This document shows positions 39,292-52,203 of a DNA stretch of 64,000 nucleotides, piece after piece. The notes below the pieces were generated by a model. That model made no database searches, was not told where the DNA came from, and was given only the letters and a program-made list of their open reading frames with translations. Every line of letters starts with the position of its first letter. Within the stretch, counting starts at the first letter, position 1. The stretch spans positions 62,001-126,000 of the forward strand of contig NMRA01000074.1 in the NCBI GenBank assembly GCA_002633005.1, given 5' to 3'. Source of the stretch: Phoronis australis. Taxonomy: Eukaryota; Animalia; Phoronida. Both the position numbers and the translations under genes were made by a program.

Positions 39292-39494
39292 CTGAAATAA
39301 TGAAACGTCCGTCTAAACGGCGAGCAGAAATCCGGAATTGACAAGGGAGGTAACCAATTATATCACATTTGACCCACGATATTAAATGTATTCGGAAGTC
39401 TCTAATCCATTTTGCTACTTTTTACCTTTCTGTTCATTAAGTCAAACGGGAGACATTGTGGCACGTGCCCTAAACCAAATTTCCATTGGATATA

Positions 39495-39670
39495 ACGATT
39501 ACGGTCATAAAACACAAGCGAAGTCTCGGTCGTAATTACACTCGTACTCACGGGCGAACGATTTCGGTGGTAAAACACGACAGAAGTCTCGGTCGTAATT
39601 ACGACGAACGATTTCGGTTGTACGACACGAGCGAAGTGTGGGTCGTACTTACGAGCGCAATTACGGGCCA
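39495..39670. repeat. Degenerate tandem repeat (3 copies, ~45-60 bp)
   Basis: Repeated GATTTCGGT..AAAACACGA..GAAGTCTCGGTCGTAATTAC. Confidence 0.7.
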
Positions 39671-40888
39671 CACGTTCCCCCAAGGGGACCACGATATCCG
39701 AGAAGTTATCTTACTCAGGCCAAATGTTTATAATGCTTGCATTTATGCAATTCCACGAAACCTTTCACTCTCTAGTATTGTGTATTGCCGATTGGTGTGT
39801 CAGCTGTGGACAAAAGGTTGGAGTCAAACTGAAAATTGACGAGCTATTTTTAAACAGGGAAAACATTTGGAATCTCAAAACCCATTTTTGACACAACAAG
39901 GATTTGTATAGCTAAACATTACTTCAACTTTCATGTAAAATGTCCCTCATTAAACAGCGACGATGGAATCTCACTGTATTAACCCACTGCGCCATAAACA
40001 TCCGTCAGGCAAATCTGGTGTCTCGTTTTCGTGTTACACGTTATTTGTTGTTGTCCAATATTCTTAACAAGTTTTTCTCGGTTGCATTACTCTATTCGTT
40101 ATTCCAATGCTAATAAGCGGAGTATTACTGCTGTGCTGTGGGCTGCAACTCCGACGTACATAAAGTTTCATACACTGAACAATACCCGCGAATGCGTGAT
40201 CTGAAATTCTTCGCTTCCCGAAATCACGGAGAGACACGAAAATGTGCATGATTTCCGCGCTTTCTTATCTCCTGCAATGAAAAAAGGAGAATTCTATCGC
40301 TGTGTATATCGTGGACTGCCCTGTTGAGCAAGAACCATTTTCAGTTTAAATCCTCGCAACCGGGTGTGGCATCCTTTAAGGCGGCTATGAACTTTACCAG
40401 CTATGTGCTTACTTCAAAATACGCTGTAGAAAAATGTTCACTTTTGCATGATGGCTATCATACAACGTCATGACGTTCTTGGAAAACTCTAAAGTTGCAC
40501 CAAAGCAACACGAATTGAATTTTAAATGGCTGTAACAGGGTTTTTGAGATTTCACCATGAGCACTTATACCAAATGAAAACTGGTCAGGTTATTGATACT
40601 GTTGTTTTGCTGTCAGTGTAACTTTTTAGAAAAGACATGGCCATGTGACCTACTATTAGTTTAGTATGAAGAGAAAAGTCAAAGTCTGAAGCTTTTTACT
40701 TTCTGAAAATATATTCTTTTATAGGGTTAAAATCTATAACTTTTTAGATAATTTCCAAAAGGCGCAGACTCGTCTATAAAGTCTTACATAAAATAAAACA
40801 ATTTAAATTTAAGTTACGTCTAGGACTGGGTCCTAGTTTACATCAAGCGGCTTGGTCTCAGTCGATGATTCGGATATCTCCATAACCC

Positions 40889-41025
40889 AGACCTTCGAAA
40901 ACGCAGACCTCGCAGAACTTGAAAACGAAGACCTATAAAACACAGACCCAGAAATCGCAGATCTAGCGACTGAAGACCTCGAAAGAACAAACCTCGAAAA
41001 CGCAGACCTGAGTCTAAAACGCACT
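40889..41025. repeat. ~15-bp minisatellite (GAAAACGCAGACCTC)
   Basis: About 9 degenerate copies. Confidence 0.8.
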
Positions 41026-43274
41026 GCATACCTCGTTTTGTGCAGACTAGATGCAAATCAATTATGTTAAATTATATAATTTATTGTAAATTGAACTTAA
41101 CATCAACACATCTTATCTGAAGAGCTTAGTCGAAGATACAAAGTATTCATTTACATTCCGACACGGAAGTCTCCCTGACACTTCAGAGGTCGTAGAGCAG
41201 AGGGAAAGACCTTAGCATTTGGGAGTATACGGAGTGCAGGTGTTCTCCGTAGCGTCACATTTTACGCCCCCACAAATGGATTTGAATTTTCATTGTCAAT
41301 GCCATAGAAATGGTGAGGACAACTGCCCTCGAGAACTTGAATTTGCGAAAATGCAGATTTGCGAATCTATAGGCTCCTACTCGTGTTAGGTCGGGCGCCT
41401 TAGCAAATATTCCACCGCCTTCAGGGTACGGAGCTTAGCTGTTTGAAGCGAATATGCGAGTTCTTGTTTCGTTCACACCACCATAAAATGTTCAGAACAA
41501 CAGTAACGGATTTAGGTTCCGTGGATGAACCTGGAGCCTTTATGGGTAGATTTCCTTATTCAGTAAAAATAACGTCAATATGTGGGCACACGCTTTTTAT
41601 GAATGCAGACATTGGTAACCGGAAACATGAAATGCGATAACACCAACAAAAAGCGAACTTTAAAATCATCCCACATGAAACGTTTAAGTTCACGGGGATT
41701 TACAAATCCCTAAACGCACTTGCTTAATTGTATGCAAAAAGTCCTGTAACAAGTTACATAATTAAAATGTTGCATTCTTACGGTAAGAAAGCAGTTCTGG
41801 CGGCGGCCAGATGTCTGACGAGCGTTGGTATGTGAACAAAATTTCAAACGGCGTAACAGACGACAAACCTGTCTTATATTGGACGGCATGTGAACGCAGT
41901 ATTGGTTTTGATTAAGCCCACCTACTGTCACTGATAAACTTTCTCGTAAATTGTTCCTTACTCAGGTTAGAAGGGTTCCCCTGAAGAACCAACTGCCCAC
42001 TTAGGTCAATACGGTTCATGGTCTCAAGCAATAATGAACTTGTCAGTTTTATATTTAATAAGTAACAATGTCCACTGAAAGTCTTATAAAAGTGTTTGGA
42101 GTAAATCAAAAGGTATTTTTGACAAAAAGCGGATTAAAGGGACAATTTGCTGCTGTTTATCTGTCAATGTTGAATTCTTGACGAAAGCTCTTTGGGATTT
42201 AAGAACATTACCACGGTCACCCAATGTTAAACTGTTGTCGAAGTACACTCTTTCGCAGTGCTACGAAAGGTAGCACTGTGGAATGTTGTTTACCATGGCT
42301 TCTCATTGGTTTAAGTAATTAAACCAACGTCACAACATTCAGTCATTCCACTTGGTTGAAATCTGGGAAACCCCTTTCGGTTTACTGTTACGTAGTATGG
42401 CAACGACCTCCATCATGTTTCCACAGGGCCACTTTTCAGTGTAGGTGGCGCTGTGTCAGAGGATACTGTCGAAGGAGCAGGCAACTCAAGTCACGGGCAA
42501 TGCGTACATGTGCCATTTTTTGAATTCGCAATTTTAGGTTGGCCAACCTCAGTGAAAACTGAAAGGTTTTCCTGAGTCGCTCGCTGATGGTTTTGATGTT
42601 CTTGTTGATAACTGAAATAGAACCCCCTCACAGAAAGGACTTGTCTCTATTACGAGGCCGATTTGATGAGATTGAAAGGGATACTTTGGTCGTTATTTTA
42701 ACCAGCCAAACAACTTTAATCAAAAAGAAGAAGCGCGTTTATGATCGAATGAGCGACACCGCACCAAGCTGAAGTTATGCTGAGCGTAAGTCTATGTACA
42801 AAACAACAGACCTCGGGACTTTACAAGGCGATCACGGGATACAATTAAACCAATAACCGTAGAACAAAGAGGGTAACTGACTCGAAAACCCAAAGGATAT
42901 GATAATGAGGACCAAGCAGTATAGCTTACATAAAATAATTTCATACTTAATTGCGAAGCGATACCGAAGATAGTTTACAGTGACGACGAGCAGGTGAGAA
43001 AAAAGGTCATATATATTACGACAAACTAAACTACTACAGATAACGAGAAATACAAAAGTTATACAATGTGTTGACCTCATTGTAAAGGTGAGTGACAATC
43101 TGCCACAGATGCAGCAGAAGGATGCATCCGCCCACCCAAAGGAGAGCGAGCGAGACTGACAAAAGTAGCATGAGTAAAAGGGGCTAAAAATAGTGACAAG
43201 AATAAGAGATATACTAACATGGTATGAGACAATTGGGCAGCATGACAATAAAGAAGTATAGACCCTTACAAAAA

Positions 43275-43757
43275 TGAACTTAAGTTTTTCGCTGAAAACT
43301 TAAGTTTTTGGCGGAAAAACTTAAGTTTTTGAAAAATAACTTAAGTTTTCTCTGAAAAACTTAAGTTCTTATGAAAAACTTAAGTTTTTGAAAGAAACTT
43401 AAGTTTTAAAAACTTAAGTTTTTCTTCAAAAACTTAAGTTTTTCAAGGCCATCTTAAGTTTTTCAGAGAACTTAAGTTTTTCAGGAAACTTAAGTTTTTC
43501 AGAGCATAAAACTTAAGTTTTCATAAATAAACTTAAGTTTTTAGAAAAACTTAAGTTTTTCGAAAAACTTAAGTTTTTCTAATTACAAAAACTTAAGTTT
43601 TCTGATAACTTAAGTTTTTCTGATAACTTAAGTTTTTCCAAGTATAAAAACTTAAGTTTTTAGAAAACTTAAGTTCTTCTAATTACAAAAACTTAAGTTT
43701 TCTGATAACTTAAGTTTTTCTGATAACTTACATTTTCCAATCCTAAAAACTTAAGTC
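43275..43757. repeat. Array of ~24 palindromic AAAACTTAAGTTTT units
   Basis: Direct reading; includes a 100-bp higher-order duplication (43579 and 43679). Confidence 0.95.
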
Positions 43758-44302
43758 TTCCCATAGTTAATGTTTATCAGTTTAAAAATTTTTATGTATG
43801 TAAAATGTGAGTTATCTGATAACTATAAGGTTTCTATGTAATCAGAATTTACATTTTCAGATTTTGAGAACTTTTTTATTTGAAGATGTTACACTTGCTT
43901 TAAAAGAACAAATTAAACCATATAGGAATTTTATAACTTGTTTATTTCCAAATGGAAACATACGTACACACCCATGCAATATTAAAAAAATGAGCTTTGC
44001 GTCTGCAAGTCATATACTTGCTACAGAGAAGTCATTGACATTATCAATGCTGCCTTGTAAATTAAAATACAACATCTGAATTTTCCTCTTAATTGTGCAG
44101 TTACAATACTCAGCACCTGGATCAGTTTCAGTTGTAAAATAAACTTTTTGTACAAAGACAGCTAATTTAAAGATTTCAGAAAATCAGTTCTCGAGCTATT
44201 GACAAAATACACATTGTAACCAAAATTTCAGTCACATAACATGAATATGACCAATAAAAGTGCAGCGAGAAATAAGTCAACTGTCTGATCAATGAAATGC
44301 CA

Positions 44303-44456
44303 TTACATAGGTACTCTATAGCCAATTCCACAAGCTAATCTTACATAGGTACTATATAGCCAATTCCACAAGCTAATCTTACATAGGTACTATATAGCCA
44401 ATTCCACAAGCTAATCTTACATAGATACTATATATCCAATTCCACAAGCTAATCTT
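44303..44456. repeat. 38-bp tandem repeat x4
   Basis: TTACATAGGTACTATATAGCCAATTCCACAAGCTAATC. Confidence 0.95.
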
Positions 44457-45439
44457 TAGAAAGTCACCAAAACAATTTAACATAGTTTTGCTAAGTAGTA
44501 AATAAAAACCAGGTATCTGTCCACAAATGGAGACATACTTTGAAGAAAATCTCTGAATATCAGGATGTGAACGACTATATATAATCTGGTTTTGGTGAAC
44601 TCTGCAGTTTTACCTCCAATGCTGGATAGCTTCACGGAATTGGCAAAGTAATACATATTATGTGACATTTCACTGAAAATTTGGAAGAGATCTTGCAGGT
44701 TCGATGACGGAATATTTTCATTTCATCTTAGTTTGGTGTAGGGTAATATGTCGTTCAAAATAGTTTGGAACCATTTCTTAATATAAGTTAGTAAAACCCC
44801 ATAGTCAAAATGCATAAATATTAACTTCCCTCTGCATACATTTTGCGAATTCGCAGGTTTTCTCACATAATGCCTCTTAAGTTCAACTAAAGCTACTCCA
44901 GTTCTACCATGTTGGGCATATCAACCAAAAACATTTGTCCACCCTTTACAAACTTTACACACTTTCCAATTATTTGGCTTGGTTTAATTGCCAAGGCAGC
45001 CCGTGATTCACTAACCTCACTCATAAAGTCTGAGACAATATTAAACTCTGTACACTTAAAGACTTCAGAATTAACGACAAGGTGTCGAAATCATGGTAAC
45101 TGAAACCTAAGAGGAATATAAAGCTAACACGAATAGATAATAACCAAGAATTATACATAAGGTAACGTACTCAACCGATAAAAAGCATGCTGTCTACATT
45201 GGTATAAGTAAACAGAAATAGTGACACGTATAGACACAATTACATACAGATAACTAACAGCAAACGAAGGCACTGTTAAAAGGAAACCTATATAACTTAT
45301 GGTAAAAACTGCTTGTTACATAGTAACCTGTGATAGGGCATGAGGTAAAGCAACAACAATTATAAAAGGGATTGGAAAGAGTGCCCGAGAGGGAGAACAC
45401 CGAAAAGGTTAGTTGTAAAGGCACAACAATGAAAATGGA

Positions 45440-45615
45440 GAGTGAGTGAAGCAGGACACCGGCAATACAGGCGCCCTAGGGTGAACAATGGGGGTGAGTG
45501 GATAGGACACTAGCAATACAGTTGCCCATGAACGGGACACTGGCAATACTGATGTCTCTTTGATGAAAGGGGGTGGTGAGTGAGACGGGGCCACTGGCAA
45601 TACAGTGGCCCCGTT
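45440..45615. repeat. Degenerate tandem repeat (GGACACTGGCAATACAG core, 4 copies)
   Basis: Direct reading. Confidence 0.7.
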
Positions 45616-46318
45616 GTGGAGAAACGGTGTAAGGGGGTTAAGCAGCTACACGTGTTGTTTCAGTGTGAACTAGCTTCGGTATCGCTTCGCAGTTAGTGCA
45701 TATAAAGTGGCTTACCTGAATTTTGTAGTGGCTGCTAAAAACACAGAGGCCAGCGAATGAAAGGAAAGTGGTATAGCATAAAGGCACAATAAACTATAAA
45801 GTCGAAGTTGATAAAATCCATAGTTGCCTAGCTCTGTCAGGACGTCGTCAAAATTCATGTTGTCAGTCTTACTCACTTCGATGCACTCAAGTTCAGCTTA
45901 ATCTTATCACAGTTAAAAACGGTCTGTCAGTCAAGGGTCTGGTAACCCTTGCGCAAGTCCACTACCACTAAAAACAAGAACCCCAAACATTATACATCTG
46001 AAAAAATGATAACCTTTCGTGTCGCCTCGTTTTATTCATTCATTTTTTTCTTTTCGCGGTAATCTACGTGTACAACGAACAATGAGAGAGGTATAAGAAA
46101 AGTGTCATAAGTAAACCTCATACGAAAGTTGGAACAAAGCACTTCGCTACGTCAACAGATGAACGTTGATTTACTTATAAGTAAGACTTAAAGTATTGTT
46201 CATAGGCCCGCGGTGGAAGTGTACGAAAAATGTCTAGGGGCTTAGCTAATTCAAGTTACGTAAGCACGAGTCCAAAGTCGTGGTTAAAGGCGATCGTTTA
46301 GTTTGTAGTGACCTGAAA

Positions 46319-47318
46319 ATGGCTGGAGTCGGCGACCCCTATCACAGTGACCGTAGTGACGTGAGTGACAGAGACAGTGTTCATAGCAGTGGTGACGAGC
46401 AATTTTTTCACGCGGACAGTCAGTGGGTGGAATGTTTGAGCCCGAGTATAATGAGGCAGAGTACGCACATGCACAGGCAGCTGTTGATAGGAATGAGGCA
46501 GAGACTGAGGACATACATGGTTGTACCTATTTTATTGTCTGCCTTACACCGATCTGTATTTTGACTTTTCACTCTCAGCAACACATCCCTACCTGCCTAC
46601 TGGTACTTGGAGAGAACACTTCGGCCGGCATGTGCTGCTCAAGATTGTAGAATTGCCCCACTTTTGTTTACCCACCATAGTTTTCCCGCGACGTTCAGCC
46701 CACTGCAGTAGCGTATTCCTCACGATTTCACATTCCGGTTCTTTTATGACTAAAAATGCACCCTACTTCAAGGCTTTTGGTGCGAAATGGACCCTGCCAC
46801 ATTTTTGTTTTTCACTCAAAAAGTGACTCTCTTCAGTGGCTCTGGCACATCTGTAGAGTACGTTCCCTGGGGCACTTCTAAAGTCTGTTTCTTCAGTTAT
46901 TATTTTATTATTATTAGTCTGATGAACAATTTTTATTTTGGTCGCATTCAGTAAAAAAGCCGATTGAGGTTTTTAAACAACGCTGCTAATTTCGCACTGA
47001 AGAGAGGCCCCGTCTTATAAGCGAGGTCTTGTAATCGAGAATTTAGAATTTACAGTATTTTTGCAAATACATTGTTGGTGGTGAATGATGACATTACACA
47101 TAGAGGGGGGGTGTGGCCTATCGAGTAATATTTGACATTACACATAGAGGGGGGGTGTGGCCTATCGAGTAATATTTGAGTGGTTGCAACGAGGAAATAA
47201 GTTGGGGCGCAAAGGGAGAACAGCGCTGCCTTCTTGCCTTGTGATGGCAATCCGGGATCGTTATCCGGCAGAGGACCACTACACTGGATTTCGTTTGGCC
47301 GATTTGCACTTTGAGTAA
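46319..47318 (+). pseudogene. KolX / P2X7 C-terminal (ballast) domain-like gene remnant
   Basis: N-terminal acidic tract and MFEPEYNEAE; C-terminal 47160-47318 AYRVIFEWLQRGNKLGRKGRTALPSCLVMAIRDRYPAEDHYTGF. Frameshifted, Cys cluster not seen, 44-bp tandem duplication at 47089-47179. Confidence 0.85.
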
Positions 47319-47851
47319 ACAGTTATCGTCGGACAAATTACCTAGAGTATTTTTACATTTTACTGGATATTCTGAACCTGGAAGGAAGTGACATTCATTT
47401 ATTGCCGAAGTGATCAATTTCACTTTGAGAACTACTATATGTTGAAGTCATACTGGGAAATTACAGGCTCTTATTCAGTAAGAACATTTTCATTCTCACA
47501 TTGTTCATAGAAGTCGAGTGGAGTAGTTTCCAAAAATGTTGACAAAATCTCTACTCATCTAAACTTGGCGACATTTTGGAGGAAATAGTTTCGAGAAATT
47601 TTCAGATGATTTAATTAACTTTATTTCCTGATGTTTTCTTCGAGACCTTTGCCACAACTGTGATGAAGTTAGACCAATCTCGACGCTAGTCATCTACTTT
47701 TTTGAAAACTACTATACGTGAAAATGTGAAAGAGACTGCAGAATTCAACAAGCTGAATTGAGTGTTCTCACAGATCACACACAAAAGTAGTCATACGTTA
47801 TACTTATATTCTCAAGATGACTCGAATCAATAACGAAGCTTACAAATATTG

Positions 47852-48517
47852 AAAAACTAGCTTACAGAAAATATAGTGGAACTTGCTTGACAACATGACA
47901 GTTTCCAGTGCTTTGTTGACTTTCAAAATACACGTTTCGCCTGGTTTCATCAAACTAAATGTACAACTGTCCTCCTCACTGCGTGTCGAACTGGGCCTGT
48001 AATCACTCGCACTACTCAACATCGCTGCAGGGCTGCTTACAGGCTCTGGTCTAGAGAAAACAGGACAGGGCAAATCACTGCTAGTTCAAGGAATTGCACG
48101 TCATGGGGTACGTTCGGAGACAAGGGTTACAGTAGATGAAGTGCTTGCAGTCACTGTAGTGCCCAAAGCTCGCGATGCTTCTCCCTTCAAAAATGCATCT
48201 CTCGGGGGTGGCGACGGGGAATTGCCGGGAATCAACAGCGACTGTACGGCACCCTTTTTCAGGCGTTGTTTTGCAGGGACCTTCATCAATTCAGCGTGCA
48301 TATCTCTTTCGTAATCCGACGGCAGAAAATGCTTGCAACACACTCGGTAATTCTCCACTGCTTCGTACGTTACGCGAATGGGTAACGCTGCGTTCTATAC
48401 ACGAAAGAGCCAAATACGGCGATGTGTGTCATCTTTCTGAAAGCGATGTAATGGTACACCCAGAGTGCGCGTGAGACGATAATCAGTATATCCCGGTACA
48501 CAGCAACTGTGTGGCAT
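47852..48517 (-). pseudogene. THAP-domain transposase N-terminus (decayed)
   Basis: MPHSCCVPGY...LHRF..D...RRIWL..*...YRVCCKHF...LKKGAVQS; in-frame stops; no DDE core seen. Confidence 0.85.
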
Positions 48518-49915
48518 GTTGACTGATCAGTAAACAAAACCAAACGACGACCTAACTTATCACAATCGAAGTAGAATGATGACTGACTCGACAGCTCCCA
48601 CAGTCAGACTATAATTATGAAAATAATTGGCGCCTGATTCTTGACTCCCTAAACGTCACTCCCGGAGTGGGGAGGGTCTATTTATTCCCTTACGAGAAGC
48701 TGTAATTAACTGAAAAATATGTCTGGGATAATCAACGAACTTTATTTTTACTAAAAATGACATGCAAAAGGTTGCCTTCGCCTTTAAGCGGCCGGTGTGG
48801 TTGTACTTTTAGACAAAGCAGGGCTCCTTTAATCTAAGATTAAACTAGTTTGTAGATTTCTCAAAATTAAACTTTGAATGTATTGAAAGGACTATCGAGT
48901 TCGTTTGTGCAAGGACTTTCCCGTTTATGACCAATTCGTGAGCTCCTAACTTAATGTAAAAAGCAACATCGAGGTCAACTGCATTCACGTTCACAGAACT
49001 GTGTATTTGTTGTTAGCCTGTCCTTGATTGCGGGTACACTGGACCACCTTTTATTGGGGTAAAACACCTCCCCCGATCCACAGGCAAGGCATTATGATTA
49101 AATTCGTCATGTTATACAACTACAGGTGATGAGTACAATTCCTCGAAGTTCACGGCATAAGTGATGCTGTATTTCACCGATAGTTTTCATGTGAAGAAAT
49201 TTGCAGACTTTTAGGTTGAAATGTTCAATTGTAGAATTTAACGCTCTTGTTGTAAAACACGATTTTTTAGAAAAAAGCGGTGTTACGAGATAGAATGTCG
49301 CCACAGACATGGGGGAAACAATGTTATATGTAACAATCAATTTCATTAAAAAAATTGATGCAAACTTATCCCTTTTTTGGGAAAAAAGCAGTTCGACCAA
49401 TACGTCCCCGTGTTGGACATATGGCAGGGCCGATACCGTTTATTACAAACGTTCCCTTCTGTGCTTTAAATGAGTGATTTCATATGTTACAAGTTACTAA
49501 TCGGGGTTTGGATATCTTGTTGGTAAGCTTTTCAAAAATCATGCTCTATTACTTGCGCAGATGCTGTTTATAAAAAAACAGCGCGATATTATAATAAGAA
49601 ACTGTACTGTTCTCTAAGCAGTGTCTATACAAATAAAATAAGCAAAATGGCATGCTACAACGAAACTCCTACATGAACATGTACTTCGCGGGGTAGAGCT
49701 AAAAGCCACGATTGGTCGGCGAATTTGGTAGTGAATAGTAGATTTAAACGATGCTACGAGACGGACAGAACGACAGGCAGGCAGGCAGAAAACAAGGCAA
49801 GCACAAAAATACTATGAAGCAGACGTTGTCGGTTAATCCAAATGACGGATGAAATGTATTTGGCGTTGAAAATAAAATCAAAATGTAGTATACCCTCAAA
49901 TCATTATTGTAATCA

Positions 49916-50505
49916 GTACTAATAACTTTTTATTAGATGTCACTGTTGTGATCTCTCTTCAAAATGACCAAAGAAGTGTGAAGTGTAACTTGTTGCATTG
50001 TCTCTCGTCCGCAGAACAGCATCGCGCGCATTCCATGAGTAAATGGTAACAGATATAAATTGGTACAATACCAATCGCCTTAATGACAATTGGCAAACAA
50101 AAGACATATCGAAGCACTTTGCGTCTCGAAATTCTCCCTCTCCCAAAAAAATATTATCTTGGCCCGTTGCTGAGGTGTNGTCCGGGGAAGGAGGCCAAAA
50201 ACGGCGGCTTAGCTAGTTGTCCCTTCCTGGTTATCTCTTCCTGGTACTAATAACTTTTTATTAGATATCACTGTTGTGATCTCTCTTCAAAATGACCAAA
50301 GAAGTGTGAAGTGTAACTTGTTGCATTGTCTCTCGTCCGCAGAACAGCATCGCGCGCATTCCATGAGTAAATGGTAACAGATATAAATTGGTACAATACC
50401 AATCGCCTTAATGACAATTGGCAAACAAAAGACATATCGAAGCACTTTGCGTCTCGAAATTCTCCCTCTCCCAAAAAATATTATCTTGGCCCGTTGCTGA
50501 GGTGT
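49916..50505. repeat. ~262-bp direct duplication across a single N (likely assembly artefact)
   Basis: 49916-50178 vs 50244-50505 differ by one substitution and one A-run indel; N at 50179. Confidence 0.85.
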
Positions 50506-50534
50506 TTGGGTTGGATTCGTTTCTTTTCATTTAA

Positions 50535-52203
50535 AGGAGCATGCCAACCAGAAAAAACCTAATTTGTATCAAATTTGTATCAATTTAGATTGAGTAGTTC
50601 TACTCCATATCGACACGTACGGTTGCGTTACCTGACACCTGACGGCAGACGGAGGTGTTGAAATTATCCAATGACGTCATCGGTTTCACACGCAGTCTGT
50701 TCAGCAGTTCACAACACGGGTTACTGGTGTCAGCTTATCGCTTGAAGTCATCGTTTAACACCAATAAATCATCAAACTTCGATGTAAAACCCTTAAAAAT
50801 GCACCAAGTTCTTATAAAAACGTGTTGTTTTATTTCGCTCTTACGGATTTATTGGTATTTGGACACACCGTAGCCTACAAAGTTCGGCAGGCCAATAAGG
50901 TCCGTAGCGGGAGTTTGGGGTCTGTTCAGAGATAATTTCGAAGTATTTTCCGTGAGATACAGACAGGAGAACCTAGATCTGTGTTGTTTAGACTTGCGAT
51001 TTGTTGAGTTCTAAACACAAAGCGCTTGTTAGCTTGGCCAGCGGCTCCGGAGCCCGATCATACCCGTCGCGGCCGGCCGCCGGGATTGACTCCGGCGTTA
51101 TCCGGGCCAGGGTCTCGGAAACTGATCAGACATCACGAACATAAACCAGCCAAAGTTCAGTGGAAACTAAACTTCCAGCCAAGAAAAAACTATACTAGTG
51201 AGTCAAAGTAATGTGCACCTGATTATGTTGGTGAATTAGCCACGAAACTGCAAATCTTTTTATTCGTCGGGGGCCGCGAATTCAGTTCCGCAGTTGGCCA
51301 CAGCACCGTCAGGGCAGAAATTGTACATTGACAATAATTTTTTGAGTAATGTAAATGTAAATAAAGATTCCCTTAAGACCTGGCCGTGGGATGGAAATCG
51401 AGTTGTTTCACAACAGTTTCTGTCAGAAAACACGAAATTAGCATAAGCTCACACGGCCTAGGTGTCCCGTCAATTAGTTTTATTGCACCTAAACCGGGTA
51501 ACGCAGTGATTTATTCATTGTTGGCTTTTCAAATCCACTCACGAACACTCCAAAGGCATTACAAATTGCATCTAATGAGACAGACGTTGTTTCAGTTTTA
51601 TATAAGTATTGGTTAGGGTGAGAATATAAATTTTGAAACAGAACGCTCAGTAATAAACGCCAACATGGCAACTCGCAATCCCGACTTAGGACGAGCTAGA
51701 GCTGATCAGTCCCGACTTCACAGGTGGATCGTTAAGTTTTACAGGCTATCAATTCGAACAGGAATACAGTGAAGAAGAAATACTAGAGAGGCGCCGTGAA
51801 CACTAGCTCAGACAACGGAACGAATGGAGTTATTTGGTAGTAAGCCGGCATTCGTCAGGCACTGCGACGTCTATAGGCCACAGACACGGAGATGTTTTAC
51901 GGCCTCATACTTGCTATTAACAGCGTACATTTCAATCTTCACTACCATGAGCCACTTCCTATGCATTTCGGACTCTCGAGGAAGGAAGAAAAACGATATA
52001 CAAGCTTTCCTCACAGCTGCTTAGTTCGGACAAGCGGGAACGATGCACCGCAACACAGCGGCATTCACTCTGCATGTGAACCACTGACGTCGCTAGCGTC
52101 GTTTCTCACCTTCCTCACAGGTTAACGCGATACCTCTTGGCAAGGTAATGTCGACCGTATGCGAGGCGATGTGGATATAGACAGATTAAGACGGCATTCT
52201 CCT
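50535..52203. mobile_element. Kolobok-type deletion derivative 2 with TTAA TSD
   Basis: TTAA|AGGAGCATGCC ... GGCATTCTCCT|TTAA (TIR 10/11). Plus-strand KolX start 51665-51806 (GYQFEQEYSEEEI) faces minus-strand THAP 51871-52056 (RCIVPACPN*...FFFLPRESEMHRKWL...YEAVKHLRVCGL*). Confidence 0.85.

Larger units (their letters stand above)
43263..45100 (-). mobile_element. EnSpm/CACTA-like transposon 3' end (truncated)
   Basis: Terminus CCCTTACAAAAA, subterminal palindrome array, and minus-strand 44893-45090 encoding ...ALAIKPSQIIGKCVKFVKGGQMFLVDMPNMVELE*, which resembles animal EnSpm transposase C-termini as I recall them. Confidence 0.6.
45931..48787. mobile_element. Kolobok-type DNA transposon deletion derivative 1
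   Basis: Convergent KolX-like (+) and THAP (-) remnants; right end GGTTGCCTTCGCCT|TTAA. The left end is degenerate (TCAAGGGTCTGGTAACCCTT, or alternatively TTAAAGGCGA at 46285). Confidence 0.75.

Noticed and set aside
43275-44456. Regular repeats as a CRISPR-like array
   Set aside because: No unique spacers of constant length, no cas genes, and a eukaryotic intron-containing context.
42949-45695. Shared TGCGAAGCGATACCGAAG motif (plus strand ~42952, minus strand ~45675) as TIRs
   Set aside because: Flanks do not extend the match into TIR/TSD structure; treated as fragments of a dispersed repeat.
49916-50505. Duplicated 68-aa ORF as a tandem gene pair
   Set aside because: Near-identical duplication straddling a single N, most likely an uncollapsed allelic overlap at a contig join.
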